DNA of 64,000 nt from positions 158,855-222,854 of the forward strand of contig JBAZJY010000002.1 of assembly GCA_041651115.1 (NCBI GenBank). Direction: 5' to 3'. Below, piece after piece: positions 48,623 through 57,552 of this stretch. The notes beneath the pieces are model-generated. The model was not told the origin of the DNA. It did not search any database and saw only the letters and a program-made list of their open reading frames with translations. Positions within the stretch are counted from its first letter, which is position 1. Each line of letters starts with the position of its first letter. This stretch comes from Candidatus Omnitrophota bacterium (lineage in GTDB: Bacteria > Omnitrophota > Gorgyraeia > Gygaellales > Profunditerraquicolaceae). The translations under genes were made by a program, and so were the position numbers.

Positions 48623-49720
48623 ATGGCCGCGGTTAAGGTAGTTTTTGTTACGCGTGAAGGCTATAATTTGCCCGGCGCAAGGATCAGATGTTATAATTTT
48701 AGCCGCGAACTCAACCGCAACGGCATAGCCAGTGAAGTGCTGTCATTCTCCGACACCTTGGGCGCAAAGGACGGGGAACGCGAGAGCCAACTGACCTTAA
48801 GGGAAAAAATAGCATTTAACCAACAGGCCTTGGCCAGGCTTTTAAAAAACAAAGGCGCGGTTATCTGCATCCAGCGCTTTAATTACCATTCCTTTGCCCC
48901 GTATCTGGCGCATCTGGTAAACCGGAATAAAATTATCCTTGATCTTGATGATTGGGAAATGCGCGAAGATCCGGTATATCATTTCGGTTTTTATCCGTCT
49001 TCCAAGGCGCATTATTTCACGCGCCAGATCGCCAGAAGAAGCATCTTCTGCATAGCGGCCAGTCGTTTCCTGGAAAAGTTCCTCCTGGAATTTAATAAAA
49101 AAGTTTATTATATCCCTTCGGGAGTAGATATGGAATTATTCCGGCCCGGACCTGAAATTCCGGAAAGGGAGAAAATAGTTTTTTCCTGGATCGGGACTTT
49201 TCACCGCAGCGAATACGTTGAAAATATCCGTTTTGCCGTGGATTGTTTTATGCGCCTGAGGAAGCGCTATGACCATATATTTTTGGAAATATTGGGCGCG
49301 GGCATTCACGGTAACCAGGTGCAAAAGATCATTGCGGAAGCAGGCGACAGTAATATTTTATTAAAGGGCTGGATCGCTCCGCAGGATGTGCCGGGGTACC
49401 TTACGAAGATAGGCGCGGGCCTTTTGCCGGTGGCCCGGGATTCAAAATTTAACCGGGCAAAGAGCCCGACCAAGCTCTTTGAATATATGGCAATGGCCAA
49501 ACCGTCGGTTTGCTCAAGTATCGGCGAAGCAGCAGAGGTCATCCGTGACGGCGAAAACGGGTTGCTTGCCGCGGATAAGGAAGAGTTTACGGAAAAGATG
49601 CGGCTATTGATAGAGGACCGGCAGCTTTGTTTACGTATAGGCAGCAGCGCCCGCAAGACAGTAGAGAGCAGCTATTCACTGGAAGCGCTTGGCATACAGC
49701 TGGCCGAATTATTAAAATAA
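48623..49720 (+). CDS. glycosyltransferase family 4-like
   Basis: 365 aa GT-B fold with the C-terminal EY.A..KP motif region. Confidence 0.6.
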   Translation: MAAVKVVFVTREGYNLPGARIRCYNFSRELNRNGIASEVLSFSDTLGAKDGERESQLTLREKIAFNQQALARLLKNKGAVICIQRFNYHSFAPYLAHLVNRNKIILDLDDWEMREDPVYHFGFYPSSKAHYFTRQIARRSIFCIAASRFLEKFLLEFNKKVYYIPSGVDMELFRPGPEIPEREKIVFSWIGTFHRSEYVENIRFAVDCFMRLRKRYDHIFLEILGAGIHGNQVQKIIAEAGDSNILLKGWIAPQDVPGYLTKIGAGLLPVARDSKFNRAKSPTKLFEYMAMAKPSVCSSIGEAAEVIRDGENGLLAADKEEFTEKMRLLIEDRQLCLRIGSSARKTVESSYSLEALGIQLAELLK

Positions 49721-50562
49721 TGCCTGAATTATCGGTAGTTATCTTAACTTCTAACAGCATTGGAACGATTGGGCCGTGCCTGGATTCTGTTTTTAGCCAA
49801 GACTATAAAGACCGGGAAGTGATCGTCGTTGATAACGGCTCATCCGACAGAACTCAAGATTTTATAAAACGGCAGTATCCGGCGGTAATATTATTAGAAA
49901 ATAAAGAAAATTTAGGCGCGGCCAAGGCGAGAAATCAAGGCATTGATATTGCCAGGGGCAATTGGGTCTTTACGCAGGATTGCGATGTCGTGCTGGAGAA
50001 TGGCTTTTTCCCACAGGCAATCGCTGTGATCAATTCCGTGCCCTTTGATACCGCGATGATCCAGCCAAAGATCTTATGCGCAGATAAGAAAACTATTTAT
50101 TCCTGCGGCATTTATCTTTCCCGGATATTGAAAAGATTCTACGATATCGGAAGGGGAAAGATTGACCGCGGACATTTTTCCGTAAGAAAATATATTTTTG
50201 GCGCCTGTTCTGCCGCGGCTTTTTACCGCCGGAAAATGCTGGATGAGGTAAGGGAAAGTACCGGCTATTTTGACGAGCGGTTTTTCTTTTTGGTTGAGGA
50301 CGTTGATTTATCGTGGCGGTTGCAGAGAAATGGTTATAAAGCATTGTATGCCCCTGATGCCGTATGTTATCATCAGGGCAACAGCTCTTTAACCAACGCA
50401 AAGATGCGCCAGTATCTCTGCTGGAGGAACAGAAAGTACCTTCTGGCAAAGCTCAAATTAAATAAAGCGCTATCGGCGCTGATATTTTTAATATACGATC
50501 TCCCGCGTTATATTTTCCTCATTTTAACCAACCCCTTTGTGCGTACGAACAATCAGGCTTGA
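49720..50562 (+). CDS. glycosyltransferase family 2
   Basis: ATG overlaps the previous stop. Motifs LSVVILTSN, VVDNGSSD and QDCD (DxD). Confidence 0.7.
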   Translation: MPELSVVILTSNSIGTIGPCLDSVFSQDYKDREVIVVDNGSSDRTQDFIKRQYPAVILLENKENLGAAKARNQGIDIARGNWVFTQDCDVVLENGFFPQAIAVINSVPFDTAMIQPKILCADKKTIYSCGIYLSRILKRFYDIGRGKIDRGHFSVRKYIFGACSAAAFYRRKMLDEVRESTGYFDERFFFLVEDVDLSWRLQRNGYKALYAPDAVCYHQGNSSLTNAKMRQYLCWRNRKYLLAKLKLNKALSALIFLIYDLPRYIFLILTNPFVRTNNQA

Positions 50563-50587
50563 CAATTACCGCTACACATGTTATATT
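50559..50587 (+). promoter_or_regulatory. sigma70 consensus-like promoter (TTGACA-17nt-TATATT) of the DUF134/arsenic operon
   Basis: TTGACA at 50559-50564 and TATATT at 50582-50587. A GGGAGG RBS precedes the TTG start at 50619. Confidence 0.55.
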
Positions 50588-50603
50588 ATGAACATATGTT
50601 CAT
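50588..50603 (+). promoter_or_regulatory. 16-bp perfect palindrome ATGAACATATGTTCAT (candidate operator)
   Basis: The sequence is self-complementary and sits directly after the -10 element. Confidence 0.5.
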
Positions 50604-50618
50604 AACCGGGAGGCTAGC

Positions 50619-50924
50619 TTGAGGCCAAAGAAGACCAGATGGATAAAATGCGCTCCGCAGGAAAGGTGCTTTAAGCCTTTATGCCGGCCGCTAAGCAAGC
50701 TGGAAGATGTATTTCTTTCGCTTGATGAGTTTGAGGCAGTGCGCCTGGCCTGCCTGGAAGGATTGAAGCAGGTTGATGCCGCGAGAAAAATGAAAATCTC
50801 CCGGCCGACATTTTCCCGCATCCTTACCGCGGCACAAAATAAAATTGCTGACGGCCTGGTGAACATCAAAGCGATCAGGATCGAAGGCGGCTGCTGCCAG
50901 GTAGGCGGAAGGAGCAAGAAATGA
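50619..50924 (+). CDS. DUF134/UPF0251 family DNA-binding protein
   Basis: The MRPKK.RWIKCAPQERCFKP...LDEFEAVRLA.LEGL.Q..AA..M.ISR.TFSRIL..A..K.ADGLVNIKAIRIEGG pattern matches UPF0251. Confidence 0.7.
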   Translation: MRPKKTRWIKCAPQERCFKPLCRPLSKLEDVFLSLDEFEAVRLACLEGLKQVDAARKMKISRPTFSRILTAAQNKIADGLVNIKAIRIEGGCCQVGGRSKK

Positions 50925-52093
50925 AAGATTGGAAAAAATTTCTATATATTTTAGCAGCTTTTCTGTCATGTTTTTATCTACCGGTTGAAAACATGCATTT
51001 CAGCAACGCGATATTTGAAGCTTTAGCGCTGGTAAAATGGTATGCCCGCGAACACGTGCTGTTATGTTTAGTGCCGGCATTTTTTATTGCCGGCGCGATC
51101 TCCGTATTTGTCAGCCAGGCGTCGGTGATGAAGTATTTCGGGGCAAAGGCGAATAAGTTCCTTTCATATAGCGTGGCATCGGTATCCGGAACGATCCTGG
51201 CTGTTTGTTCCTGTACGGTTTTACCATTGTTCTCCGGTATATATAAACGAGGGGCAGGGCTTGGGCCGGCGATCGCGTTTCTTTATTCCGGGCCCGCGAT
51301 AAATGTTCTAGCTATCATTCTTACGGCGCGTATCCTTGGTTGGCAATTAGGTTTGGCAAGGGCAATTGGCGCAGTGATCTTTAGCGTAGTTATCGGCTTA
51401 TTAATGCATCTTATATTTTTGAAGGAAGAAAGGGCGCGCCATGCAAGCGGCGATCTGCAATTCGGAGAGGTTAAGGCAGGCAGGCCGCTTTGGAAAGATA
51501 TTATTTATTTTTTCTCCATGGTTGCGATACTTGTTTTCGCCAATTGGGGCAAACCCCTGGAGGGCGACACCGGGATATGGGGTATTATTTATGCTTATAA
51601 GTGGTGGATTACCGGTTTCTTCTCGGTGGTTTTAACCTTTACTCTTTTTAGATGGTTTAAAAAGAATGAATTAAAAGAATGGACCGGAGCAACCTGGGGA
51701 TTCGCTTTGCAGATATTGCCGCTTCTCTTAGGCGGGGTACTTGTATCGGGATTTTTATTAGGAAGGGTCGGCCACGAGGGGATAATCCCATCGCGTTTTG
51801 TTGAAATGCTGGTGGGGGGCAATTCGTTACGGGCGAATTTCTTTTCTTCAATAGTTGCGACATTCATGTATTTTGCCACGCTTACCGAGGTACCTATTCT
51901 ACAGGGGTTGATCGGTTCAGGTATGGGTAAGGGGCCTGCCTTAGCGCTTCTTTTAGCCGGGCCTGCGCTGAGCCTGCCGAGTATGCTGGTGATCCGCAAG
52001 GTCATTGGTACGAAAAAGACAATGGTTTACGTATCTTTAGTAATTATTATGGCAACGATCAGCGGAATGATCTTTGGGTTTATAGCCAAGTAA
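50921..52093 (+). CDS. DUF318/ArsP-like permease
   Basis: 390 aa, two homologous halves. The AVCSCTVLPLF motif resembles the ArsP TPFcSCS motif. Confidence 0.55.
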   Translation: MKDWKKFLYILAAFLSCFYLPVENMHFSNAIFEALALVKWYAREHVLLCLVPAFFIAGAISVFVSQASVMKYFGAKANKFLSYSVASVSGTILAVCSCTVLPLFSGIYKRGAGLGPAIAFLYSGPAINVLAIILTARILGWQLGLARAIGAVIFSVVIGLLMHLIFLKEERARHASGDLQFGEVKAGRPLWKDIIYFFSMVAILVFANWGKPLEGDTGIWGIIYAYKWWITGFFSVVLTFTLFRWFKKNELKEWTGATWGFALQILPLLLGGVLVSGFLLGRVGHEGIIPSRFVEMLVGGNSLRANFFSSIVATFMYFATLTEVPILQGLIGSGMGKGPALALLLAGPALSLPSMLVIRKVIGTKKTMVYVSLVIIMATISGMIFGFIAK

Positions 52094-52103
52094 GGGGTTT
52101 ATC

Positions 52104-52397
52104 ATGAAAATAGAAATATTAGGGGCTGGCTGTCCTAGGTGCAAACAGCTTACAGCTAATACCGAAGCGGCAATAAAAGAATTGAACATTCCCGCTGCGG
52201 TCAATAAAGTTGAGGATATCGATAAGATTATTGAATCCGGCGTGATAGTGACCCCGGCGCTGGTGATTGACGGCAAGGTTGTTTCCGCGGGGAAAGTTTT
52301 AAGCAAGGACGAGATCAAAAAAATAATTGCGGGACAAAGCGGAGGGAAAGTTGAAGAAGCCGATCGTAGTACTTCTGGCGGTTGCTGCGGTAATTAG
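52104..52397 (+). CDS. redox-active disulfide protein 2 (thioredoxin-fold, CPRC) with C-terminal Cys-Cys tail
   Basis: MKIEILGAGCPRCKQL...VTPALVIDGKVV matches TIGR00412-type small thioredoxins. An extra tail ends in GGCCGN. Confidence 0.65.
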   Translation: MKIEILGAGCPRCKQLTANTEAAIKELNIPAAVNKVEDIDKIIESGVIVTPALVIDGKVVSAGKVLSKDEIKKIIAGQSGGKVEEADRSTSGGCCGN

Positions 52398-52773
52398 CGC
52401 AAATTTTTCAGCCTTTGCCGGAGAAGATATATCTTCGGGTAAAGTGATCGCCTATTATTTTCATGGAACAGCGCGTTGTCCCACCTGTCATAAACTTGAG
52501 CAGTATTCAAAAGAAGCGATAGAGGCTAACTTTAAAGATGCGCTTGCTTCCGGAAAGCTGGAGTTTAAAGTAGTCAACATAGAAGATAAAGGCAACGAAC
52601 ACTATGGAGACGATTACCGGCTTTATACAAAATCGCTTATTCTGTCTTTAGTCAAAGACGGTAAGGAGATTAAATGGAAGAATCTCGATAAGATATGGGA
52701 GTATGTAGGCAACAAGCAGAGGTTCATTGATTACGTAAATAACGGAGTCGCCGATTTATTAAAGGAAGTTTAA
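52327..52773 (+). CDS. secreted thioredoxin-like protein (CPTC motif)
   Basis: Signal peptide KKPIVVLLAVAAVISANFSAFAG, then the YYFHGTARCPTCHK motif. The true start is probably TTG 52351, because the 52327 start is TTG and overlaps the upstream gene by 70 nt. Confidence 0.45.
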   Translation: MRDKAEGKLKKPIVVLLAVAAVISANFSAFAGEDISSGKVIAYYFHGTARCPTCHKLEQYSKEAIEANFKDALASGKLEFKVVNIEDKGNEHYGDDYRLYTKSLILSLVKDGKEIKWKNLDKIWEYVGNKQRFIDYVNNGVADLLKEV

Positions 52774-53462
52774 TGACGGAGATATTCATAGGTTTTGCTT
52801 CAGCGTTGTGGCTGGGGATTCTGACATCCATTAGCCCGTGCCCTTTAGCCAGTAATGTGGCTGCTATTTCCTTCCTCTCTAAGAAGATCGCCCATCCGGC
52901 GCTGGTATTTATTTCGGGGTTGGCGTATACGCTAGGCAGGATGGTTTCTTACGCTATTTTGGGATGGATCATTATTAGTTCTCTTCTTAGTGTTCCCCAG
53001 GTTGCCCAGTTCCTGCAGAAATACCTGGGTAAAGCCCTAGGCCCGCTGTTAATCGTTACCGGATTATTCCTATTAGAAGCAGTTACTATCCGCCTACCGG
53101 GGCTGTCACTGTCGCATAAGCAGCATAATAAACTTGCGGAGGCCGGCGCTCCCGGAGCTTTTCTCCTGGGTTTTATCTTTGCCCTGGCATTTTGCCCGAT
53201 TTCCGCGGCGCTATTCTTTGGAAGCTTAATACCCCTGGCCCTTAACAGTAAAGCAGGGGTTCTCTTGCCGTTTGTTTACGGCATAGGAACAGGGCTTCCC
53301 GTATTGCTGTTTGCGGTGGCGATTGCGCTTGGTATTACTTCATTGAGTCATTGGTTCCGCCGGATCACGAAACTTGAATACTATACCCGCAGGATAACCG
53401 GAGCTATATTTATTCTCGTCGGATTGTATTACACGGGAATTTATATTTTAAGGATATTTTAG
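52773..53462 (+). CDS. CcdA/DsbD-family thiol-disulfide transmembrane electron transporter
   Basis: 229 aa, 6 TM, with Cys in TM1 (SISPCPLAS) and in TM4 (FALAFCPIS). Confidence 0.6.
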   Translation: MTEIFIGFASALWLGILTSISPCPLASNVAAISFLSKKIAHPALVFISGLAYTLGRMVSYAILGWIIISSLLSVPQVAQFLQKYLGKALGPLLIVTGLFLLEAVTIRLPGLSLSHKQHNKLAEAGAPGAFLLGFIFALAFCPISAALFFGSLIPLALNSKAGVLLPFVYGIGTGLPVLLFAVAIALGITSLSHWFRRITKLEYYTRRITGAIFILVGLYYTGIYILRIF

Positions 53463-53473
53463 AAGGAGAATAC

Positions 53474-54574
53474 ATGGAGCATATTGTTCATGAAGAACGT
53501 CGGTTGAGTTTTTTCGAAAAATACCTGACGGCATGGGTCTTTGGTTGTATCGGTTTGGGCATACTTCTGGGAAAATTCTTTCCGTACATAGCGGTGGCGC
53601 TGGATAGTTTTTCGGTTTATCAGGTTTCTATCCCCATCGCCATCTGCCTGTTCTTTATGATGTATCCGATCATGGTAAAAATTGATTTCGCCGAGGTTAT
53701 TAAAGCCGGGAAAACGCCGAAGCCGGTTGTTCTTACTTTGATTGTGAACTGGTGCATTAAGCCTTTTACCATGTTGGCCATAGCAACGCTTTTTCTCGGA
53801 GTTCTATTTAAGGGCTGGTTACCGGGAGTAGAAATTATCAAGGGCGGTGCGCAGGTAGAGCTTTTCAGGTCTTATATCGCAGGATGTATTTTACTCGGCA
53901 TTGCGCCTTGCACGGCAATGGTGCTGATCTGGGGGCATTTAGCAAAAGGTAACGACGGCCATACGCTGGTAATGGTGGCAATCAATTCGCTGACCATGCT
54001 TTTTCTTTATGCCCCGCTTGGCGGATGGCTGCTGGGAGTTAACCAGATGCCGATCCCCTGGCAAACGATAGTATTGTCAGTGGTTATTTACGTCGGCCTG
54101 CCCCTTTTATTAGGGTATTATTCCCGCAAGCAGATCATCGCTCGTAAGGGGCTAAAGTGGTTTGAAAAAAAATTTTTACATTATCTTACCCCGGTGTCGA
54201 TCTCTGCCCTGCTTTTAACTCTGGTTTTGTTATTCTCTTTTAAGGGAGGGCTGATCATCAAGCAACCGCAGGTCATATTTTTGATCGCGGTCCCGTTATT
54301 TATCCAGACCTGTTTGATTTTCCTGGTGACCTATGTTTTAGCCAGATGGCTTAAGTTACCTTACCGCGACGCAGCGCCGTCGGCATTAGTCGGAGCAAGC
54401 AATCATTTTGAGGTCGCTATTGCGACCGCGACCTTGTTATTCGGGCTTTCTTCAGGCGCGGCGCTGGCAACAGTGGTAGGGGTTTTGATCGAAGTGCCGG
54501 TAATGCTTATGCTGGTGAAGGTTTGCGTAAAAACACAAGGTTGGTTTGTTCGTCAAGGCGTCAAGAGAACTTGA
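53474..54574 (+). CDS. acr3: arsenite efflux transporter ACR3 family
   Basis: The N-terminus [27 protein letters not shown] matches ACR3. 366 aa with 10 TM. Confidence 0.75.
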   Translation: MEHIVHEERRLSFFEKYLTAWVFGCIGLGILLGKFFPYIAVALDSFSVYQVSIPIAICLFFMMYPIMVKIDFAEVIKAGKTPKPVVLTLIVNWCIKPFTMLAIATLFLGVLFKGWLPGVEIIKGGAQVELFRSYIAGCILLGIAPCTAMVLIWGHLAKGNDGHTLVMVAINSLTMLFLYAPLGGWLLGVNQMPIPWQTIVLSVVIYVGLPLLLGYYSRKQIIARKGLKWFEKKFLHYLTPVSISALLLTLVLLFSFKGGLIIKQPQVIFLIAVPLFIQTCLIFLVTYVLARWLKLPYRDAAPSALVGASNHFEVAIATATLLFGLSSGAALATVVGVLIEVPVMLMLVKVCVKTQGWFVRQGVKRT

Positions 54575-55847
54575 GCTTTTTTACGGTAACATAGGTAATG
54601 GTAAAGATCCCCGCTTCAATGATCACCGTTGCGATCGCCGCCCCCACATAAGAAAAAGAATATATCAAAAGAAAGATCAACGGCAGGCCTACGAGCGCCA
54701 TAACTACGTGGATGCGGGAATAGATGTGTGTTTTGCCGCAGACAAGGAGGAATTGGACGCGAAAGGCATTCGCGCTGATAAAGAATACCGAGACAAGTAA
54801 GAGCCTTAAAGATAATACTGCCGCAGGGTAGTCGCCGCCGCAAATAAACCTGACGATCCAACGCGCAGACACAAAGATCAGCGGCAGGCAGATCAAAGAG
54901 ATGCCGGTAGTGATGCGTTGTACATGCTGCATGATCTCCAGCGCTTTTTTCGTGTTTCTATGGAATATCTTGCTTAGGCGCGGAAAAATCGCCTGTGAGA
55001 AAGAGATCAGGGGGAATGTTTGGATAAGGTTGGCGGTTTTCTCCGCGATGGAATAGAACCCGGTGATCGCGTTGGTGGTAAGCAGTCCGACGGTAAAAAT
55101 ACGCGTGGTAGTATAAGCGTTCACCGCCACGATAGAAATAAAAATATCCCACCCAGCCGTTAGCTGCTGACGGAGGCTGCCGTATCCCGGGAACTTAAAT
55201 AATACCCCAAAGCGCCTAAAGACAACGCGTAAGCCGGCCACGCCGGTGATCAAGAATACCGCGGAGTTTATCAGGGGGACCATCAGGTAATCCTGCGGCC
55301 TTTTTACGAAGAGAAAAATAGCAAGCGTAAAAAGCGCCCCTCCGAATATATTCAAGTTGGTAATGTGCATCATTTTTTCCGTGCCTTGAAAAAACCAGAC
55401 AGGGAAAAGGGTGTTCCCGATGACCGCACCGAAGCTGAATACGTAAACCATCCAGTCATTCCTGAATCTCGGCACAAAATACACGATAATGCTTAATGCC
55501 AGCAGGCTCAGCAGCGCAAGGGCGATTTTTACCGTCATCACCGAAGAAAAAACCGCGCAGACTTTATCATGTTCTTCGCGGCAAAGGGAAATTTCTTTTG
55601 TAGCGGAAATACTGAAGCCGTAATCCGTCAGGATCATAAAGTACTGCACAAAAGCCTGCGCAAAAGCGATCAATCCGAATTTTTCCGGGCCGATCGTCCT
55701 GAAGAGGTAAGGCAGGATGACTACCGGCAGGAGGTAGGTGATGGCCTGCAACGCGGAAAGAGAGGCAAAGTTTTTCATTACCACTTTGCGTTCTTCCTGC
55801 TCTGCCATCCTGTAGGTTTTCCTGATCAGCTTTATCAGGGAATACAT
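54561..55847 (-). CDS. wzx: oligosaccharide/polysaccharide flippase (Wzx / MOP superfamily)
   Basis: 428 aa with 12 TM and a PF01943-like N-terminal pattern. It converges on the acr3 3' end with a 14-nt overlap. Confidence 0.7.
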   Translation of the reverse strand: MYSLIKLIRKTYRMAEQEERKVVMKNFASLSALQAITYLLPVVILPYLFRTIGPEKFGLIAFAQAFVQYFMILTDYGFSISATKEISLCREEHDKVCAVFSSVMTVKIALALLSLLALSIIVYFVPRFRNDWMVYVFSFGAVIGNTLFPVWFFQGTEKMMHITNLNIFGGALFTLAIFLFVKRPQDYLMVPLINSAVFLITGVAGLRVVFRRFGVLFKFPGYGSLRQQLTAGWDIFISIVAVNAYTTTRIFTVGLLTTNAITGFYSIAEKTANLIQTFPLISFSQAIFPRLSKIFHRNTKKALEIMQHVQRITTGISLICLPLIFVSARWIVRFICGGDYPAAVLSLRLLLVSVFFISANAFRVQFLLVCGKTHIYSRIHVVMALVGLPLIFLLIYSFSYVGAAIATVIIEAGIFTITYVTVKKLKFS

Positions 55848-55890
55848 GCGCTTAATTTACACCTTTGTCAACCTTAAGTCAAGCCGCGCC

Positions 55891-55990
55891 TGTTAGCCAG
55901 CGGGTCCTGTCTGCTGATTTACCCCGCTGCGCTCAAGCTTTCGCTTTCGCTCGCGGGGTCCCCCAATCAGCAGCCACCCGCTGGCTAACA
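55891..55990. repeat. 100-nt nested inverted repeat in the divergent wzx/GH1 intergenic region
   Basis: Outer arms are TGTTAGCCAGCGGGT..CTGCTGATT (55891-55919) and AATCAGCAG..ACCCGCTGGCTAACA (55965-55990). Inner stem is CCCCGC/GCGGGG, with an internal CTTTCG direct repeat. Confidence 0.6.
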
Positions 55991-56035
55991 AGAGAATCAG
56001 TTTTGATTTTATCTTTATAGTGATATAATCTTATC

Positions 56036-57259
56036 ATGATCAAGTTTCCGCAAGGTTTCTTATGGGGGGCGGCAACATCCGCTTACCAGGTTGAAGGCAA
56101 CAATGCCAACTGTGACTGGTGGCAATGGGAAAAGGCTGCCGGCCGGGAAAATTCCGGCGAGGCTTGCCGGCACTATGAGCTTTACGAGCAGGATTTTGAC
56201 CTCGCCAAAAGCCTGAACCATAATAGCCACCGTCTTTCCATTGAGTGGAGCCGCATTGAGCCGGAAGAAGGCAAATTTTCCGAAGAGCAATTAAAGCACT
56301 ACCTTGATGTTGTCCTCGCATTAAAGGCGCGTAATATCGAACCCGTAGTAACGCTGCACCATTTTACCAATCCGCTTTGGATCAGCAGAACAGGCGGCTG
56401 GGAAAACAGGCGTTGCGTTGCTGCTTTCTCGCGTTACTGCGATTTTGTAGTCAGGGCGCTGGCAAAACATGTGCGTTACTGGGTCACTATAAATGAACCC
56501 GTCGTATATGCATACCATGCCTATATCCTCGGAGTATGGCCGCCGCAGGAGAAATCTTACCTGAAGGCTAAAGCGGTAGAAGACAATTTTGTTGCAGGGC
56601 ATATTAAAACTTATCGGCTGATACGCGGGATTTATCAGGGGCTGGGATTACCCTTGCCCTTTATCAGCATTGCTCATAATATGCAGGCTTTTGTGCCGTG
56701 CTCACCGGACCTAAAGAACCGTTTTGCCGCTTATTTGCGGGACAAATGGTATAATTTCGGGTTCCTGGATAAGATAATGGCGCAGAAGACCATGGATTTT
56801 ATCGGAGTAAATTATTACTCGCGGCAATTGGTGGATTTGAAAAAATGGGGGATCAGCAATCTGGCAATGGATGTTTGTAATGAGGGCCACCATCCGGTGA
56901 AAAAAAATTCGCTTGGCTGGGACATCTATCCTGAAGGCCTGTATGACCTGCTTTTAAAGCTGATGAAAAGATATGGATTGGCCGTGATGGTCACGGAAAA
57001 CGGCATCTGCACTTCCGACGATGACTTACGCTGGGAATATATCGAATCTCATTTAAGGAACATCCATCGGGCAATGGGAAAGGGAGCTAATGTTATCGGC
57101 TATCTTTACTGGTCGCTGATGGATAACTTTGAGTGGGATAAAGGGTTTGGCCCGAGGTTCGGATTGGTGGATATTGATTATCGCACTTATAGAAGGACTG
57201 CCAGGGAAAGCGCGCTGAACTTAGCGCGGGTCTGCAAGACCGGGATTCTCCCGGAATAA
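56036..57259 (+). CDS. glycoside hydrolase family 1 beta-glucosidase
   Basis: FLWGAATSAYQVEGN N-terminus, acid/base TINEP and nucleophile VTENG motifs. A TATAAT sits only 7 nt upstream of the ATG, which suggests a leaderless mRNA. Confidence 0.85.
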   Translation: MIKFPQGFLWGAATSAYQVEGNNANCDWWQWEKAAGRENSGEACRHYELYEQDFDLAKSLNHNSHRLSIEWSRIEPEEGKFSEEQLKHYLDVVLALKARNIEPVVTLHHFTNPLWISRTGGWENRRCVAAFSRYCDFVVRALAKHVRYWVTINEPVVYAYHAYILGVWPPQEKSYLKAKAVEDNFVAGHIKTYRLIRGIYQGLGLPLPFISIAHNMQAFVPCSPDLKNRFAAYLRDKWYNFGFLDKIMAQKTMDFIGVNYYSRQLVDLKKWGISNLAMDVCNEGHHPVKKNSLGWDIYPEGLYDLLLKLMKRYGLAVMVTENGICTSDDDLRWEYIESHLRNIHRAMGKGANVIGYLYWSLMDNFEWDKGFGPRFGLVDIDYRTYRRTARESALNLARVCKTGILPE

Positions 57260-57345
57260 TGGTGCCGGAGAAGGGACTTGAACCCCCATGAGGTTGCCCT
57301 CGGCAGCTTTTGAGGCTGCTGCGTCTGCCATTCCGCCACTCCGGC
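57260..57345 (-). tRNA. tRNA-Leu (anticodon CAA), type II with long variable arm, CCA encoded
   Basis: The reverse complement folds as a cloverleaf. Acceptor stem is GCCGGAG/CTCCGGC, anticodon loop CUCAAAA, T-loop TTCAAGT, with a 17-nt variable arm. Confidence 0.85.
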
Positions 57346-57354
57346 AATAACTTG

Positions 57355-57382
57355 TTGACCCAGCCATTCATTCAAGTATAAT
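57355..57382 (+). promoter_or_regulatory. sigma70-like promoter (TTGACC-16nt-TATAAT) upstream of tRNA-Ala
   Basis: TTGACC at 57355-57360 and TATAAT at 57377-57382. Confidence 0.5.
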
Positions 57383-57454
57383 ATAGCCTTGACGAAGGGC
57401 CGGATCTATTTTATATTCTAAAATAGTAAAGTCAATCAATTTCGTAAATATACT

Positions 57455-57528
57455 TGGGGCTGTAGCTCAGTTGGGAGAGCACTTGCATGGCATGCAAGGG
57501 GTCGAGGGTTCAACTCCCTCCAGCTCCA
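57455..57528 (+). tRNA. tRNA-Ala (anticodon GGC)
   Basis: GGGGCTGTAGCTCAGTTGGGAGAGC 5' half with a G3:U70 pair. Anticodon stem-loop CTTGC-ATGGCAT-GCAAG, T-loop TTCAACT. No CCA is encoded. One extra nucleotide lies between the D- and anticodon stems, so the boundaries are +/-1 nt. Confidence 0.8.
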
Positions 57529-57552
57529 CTTTTGTTCCCCTCCCGGTAAGTT

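Noticed and set aside
52327-52397. 70-nt overlap between the small thioredoxin and the secreted thioredoxin-like gene
   Set aside because: The ORF-track start is TTG. An internal TTG at 52351 gives a clean MKKPIVV... signal peptide and reduces the overlap, so I did not treat it as a frameshift or pseudogene.
55937-55950. CTTTCG CTTTCG direct repeat and other short repeats, as a possible CRISPR array
   Set aside because: Only two tiny units with no spacer architecture. No CRISPR array or cas genes occur anywhere in the window.
57455-57528. Extra nucleotide between the D-stem and anticodon stem of tRNA-Ala, suggesting a pseudo-tRNA
   Set aside because: All stems, U33, A37, the G3:U70 identity pair and the T-loop are intact. 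A one-nucleotide 26a insertion, or my counting at a line break, is the more likely explanation.
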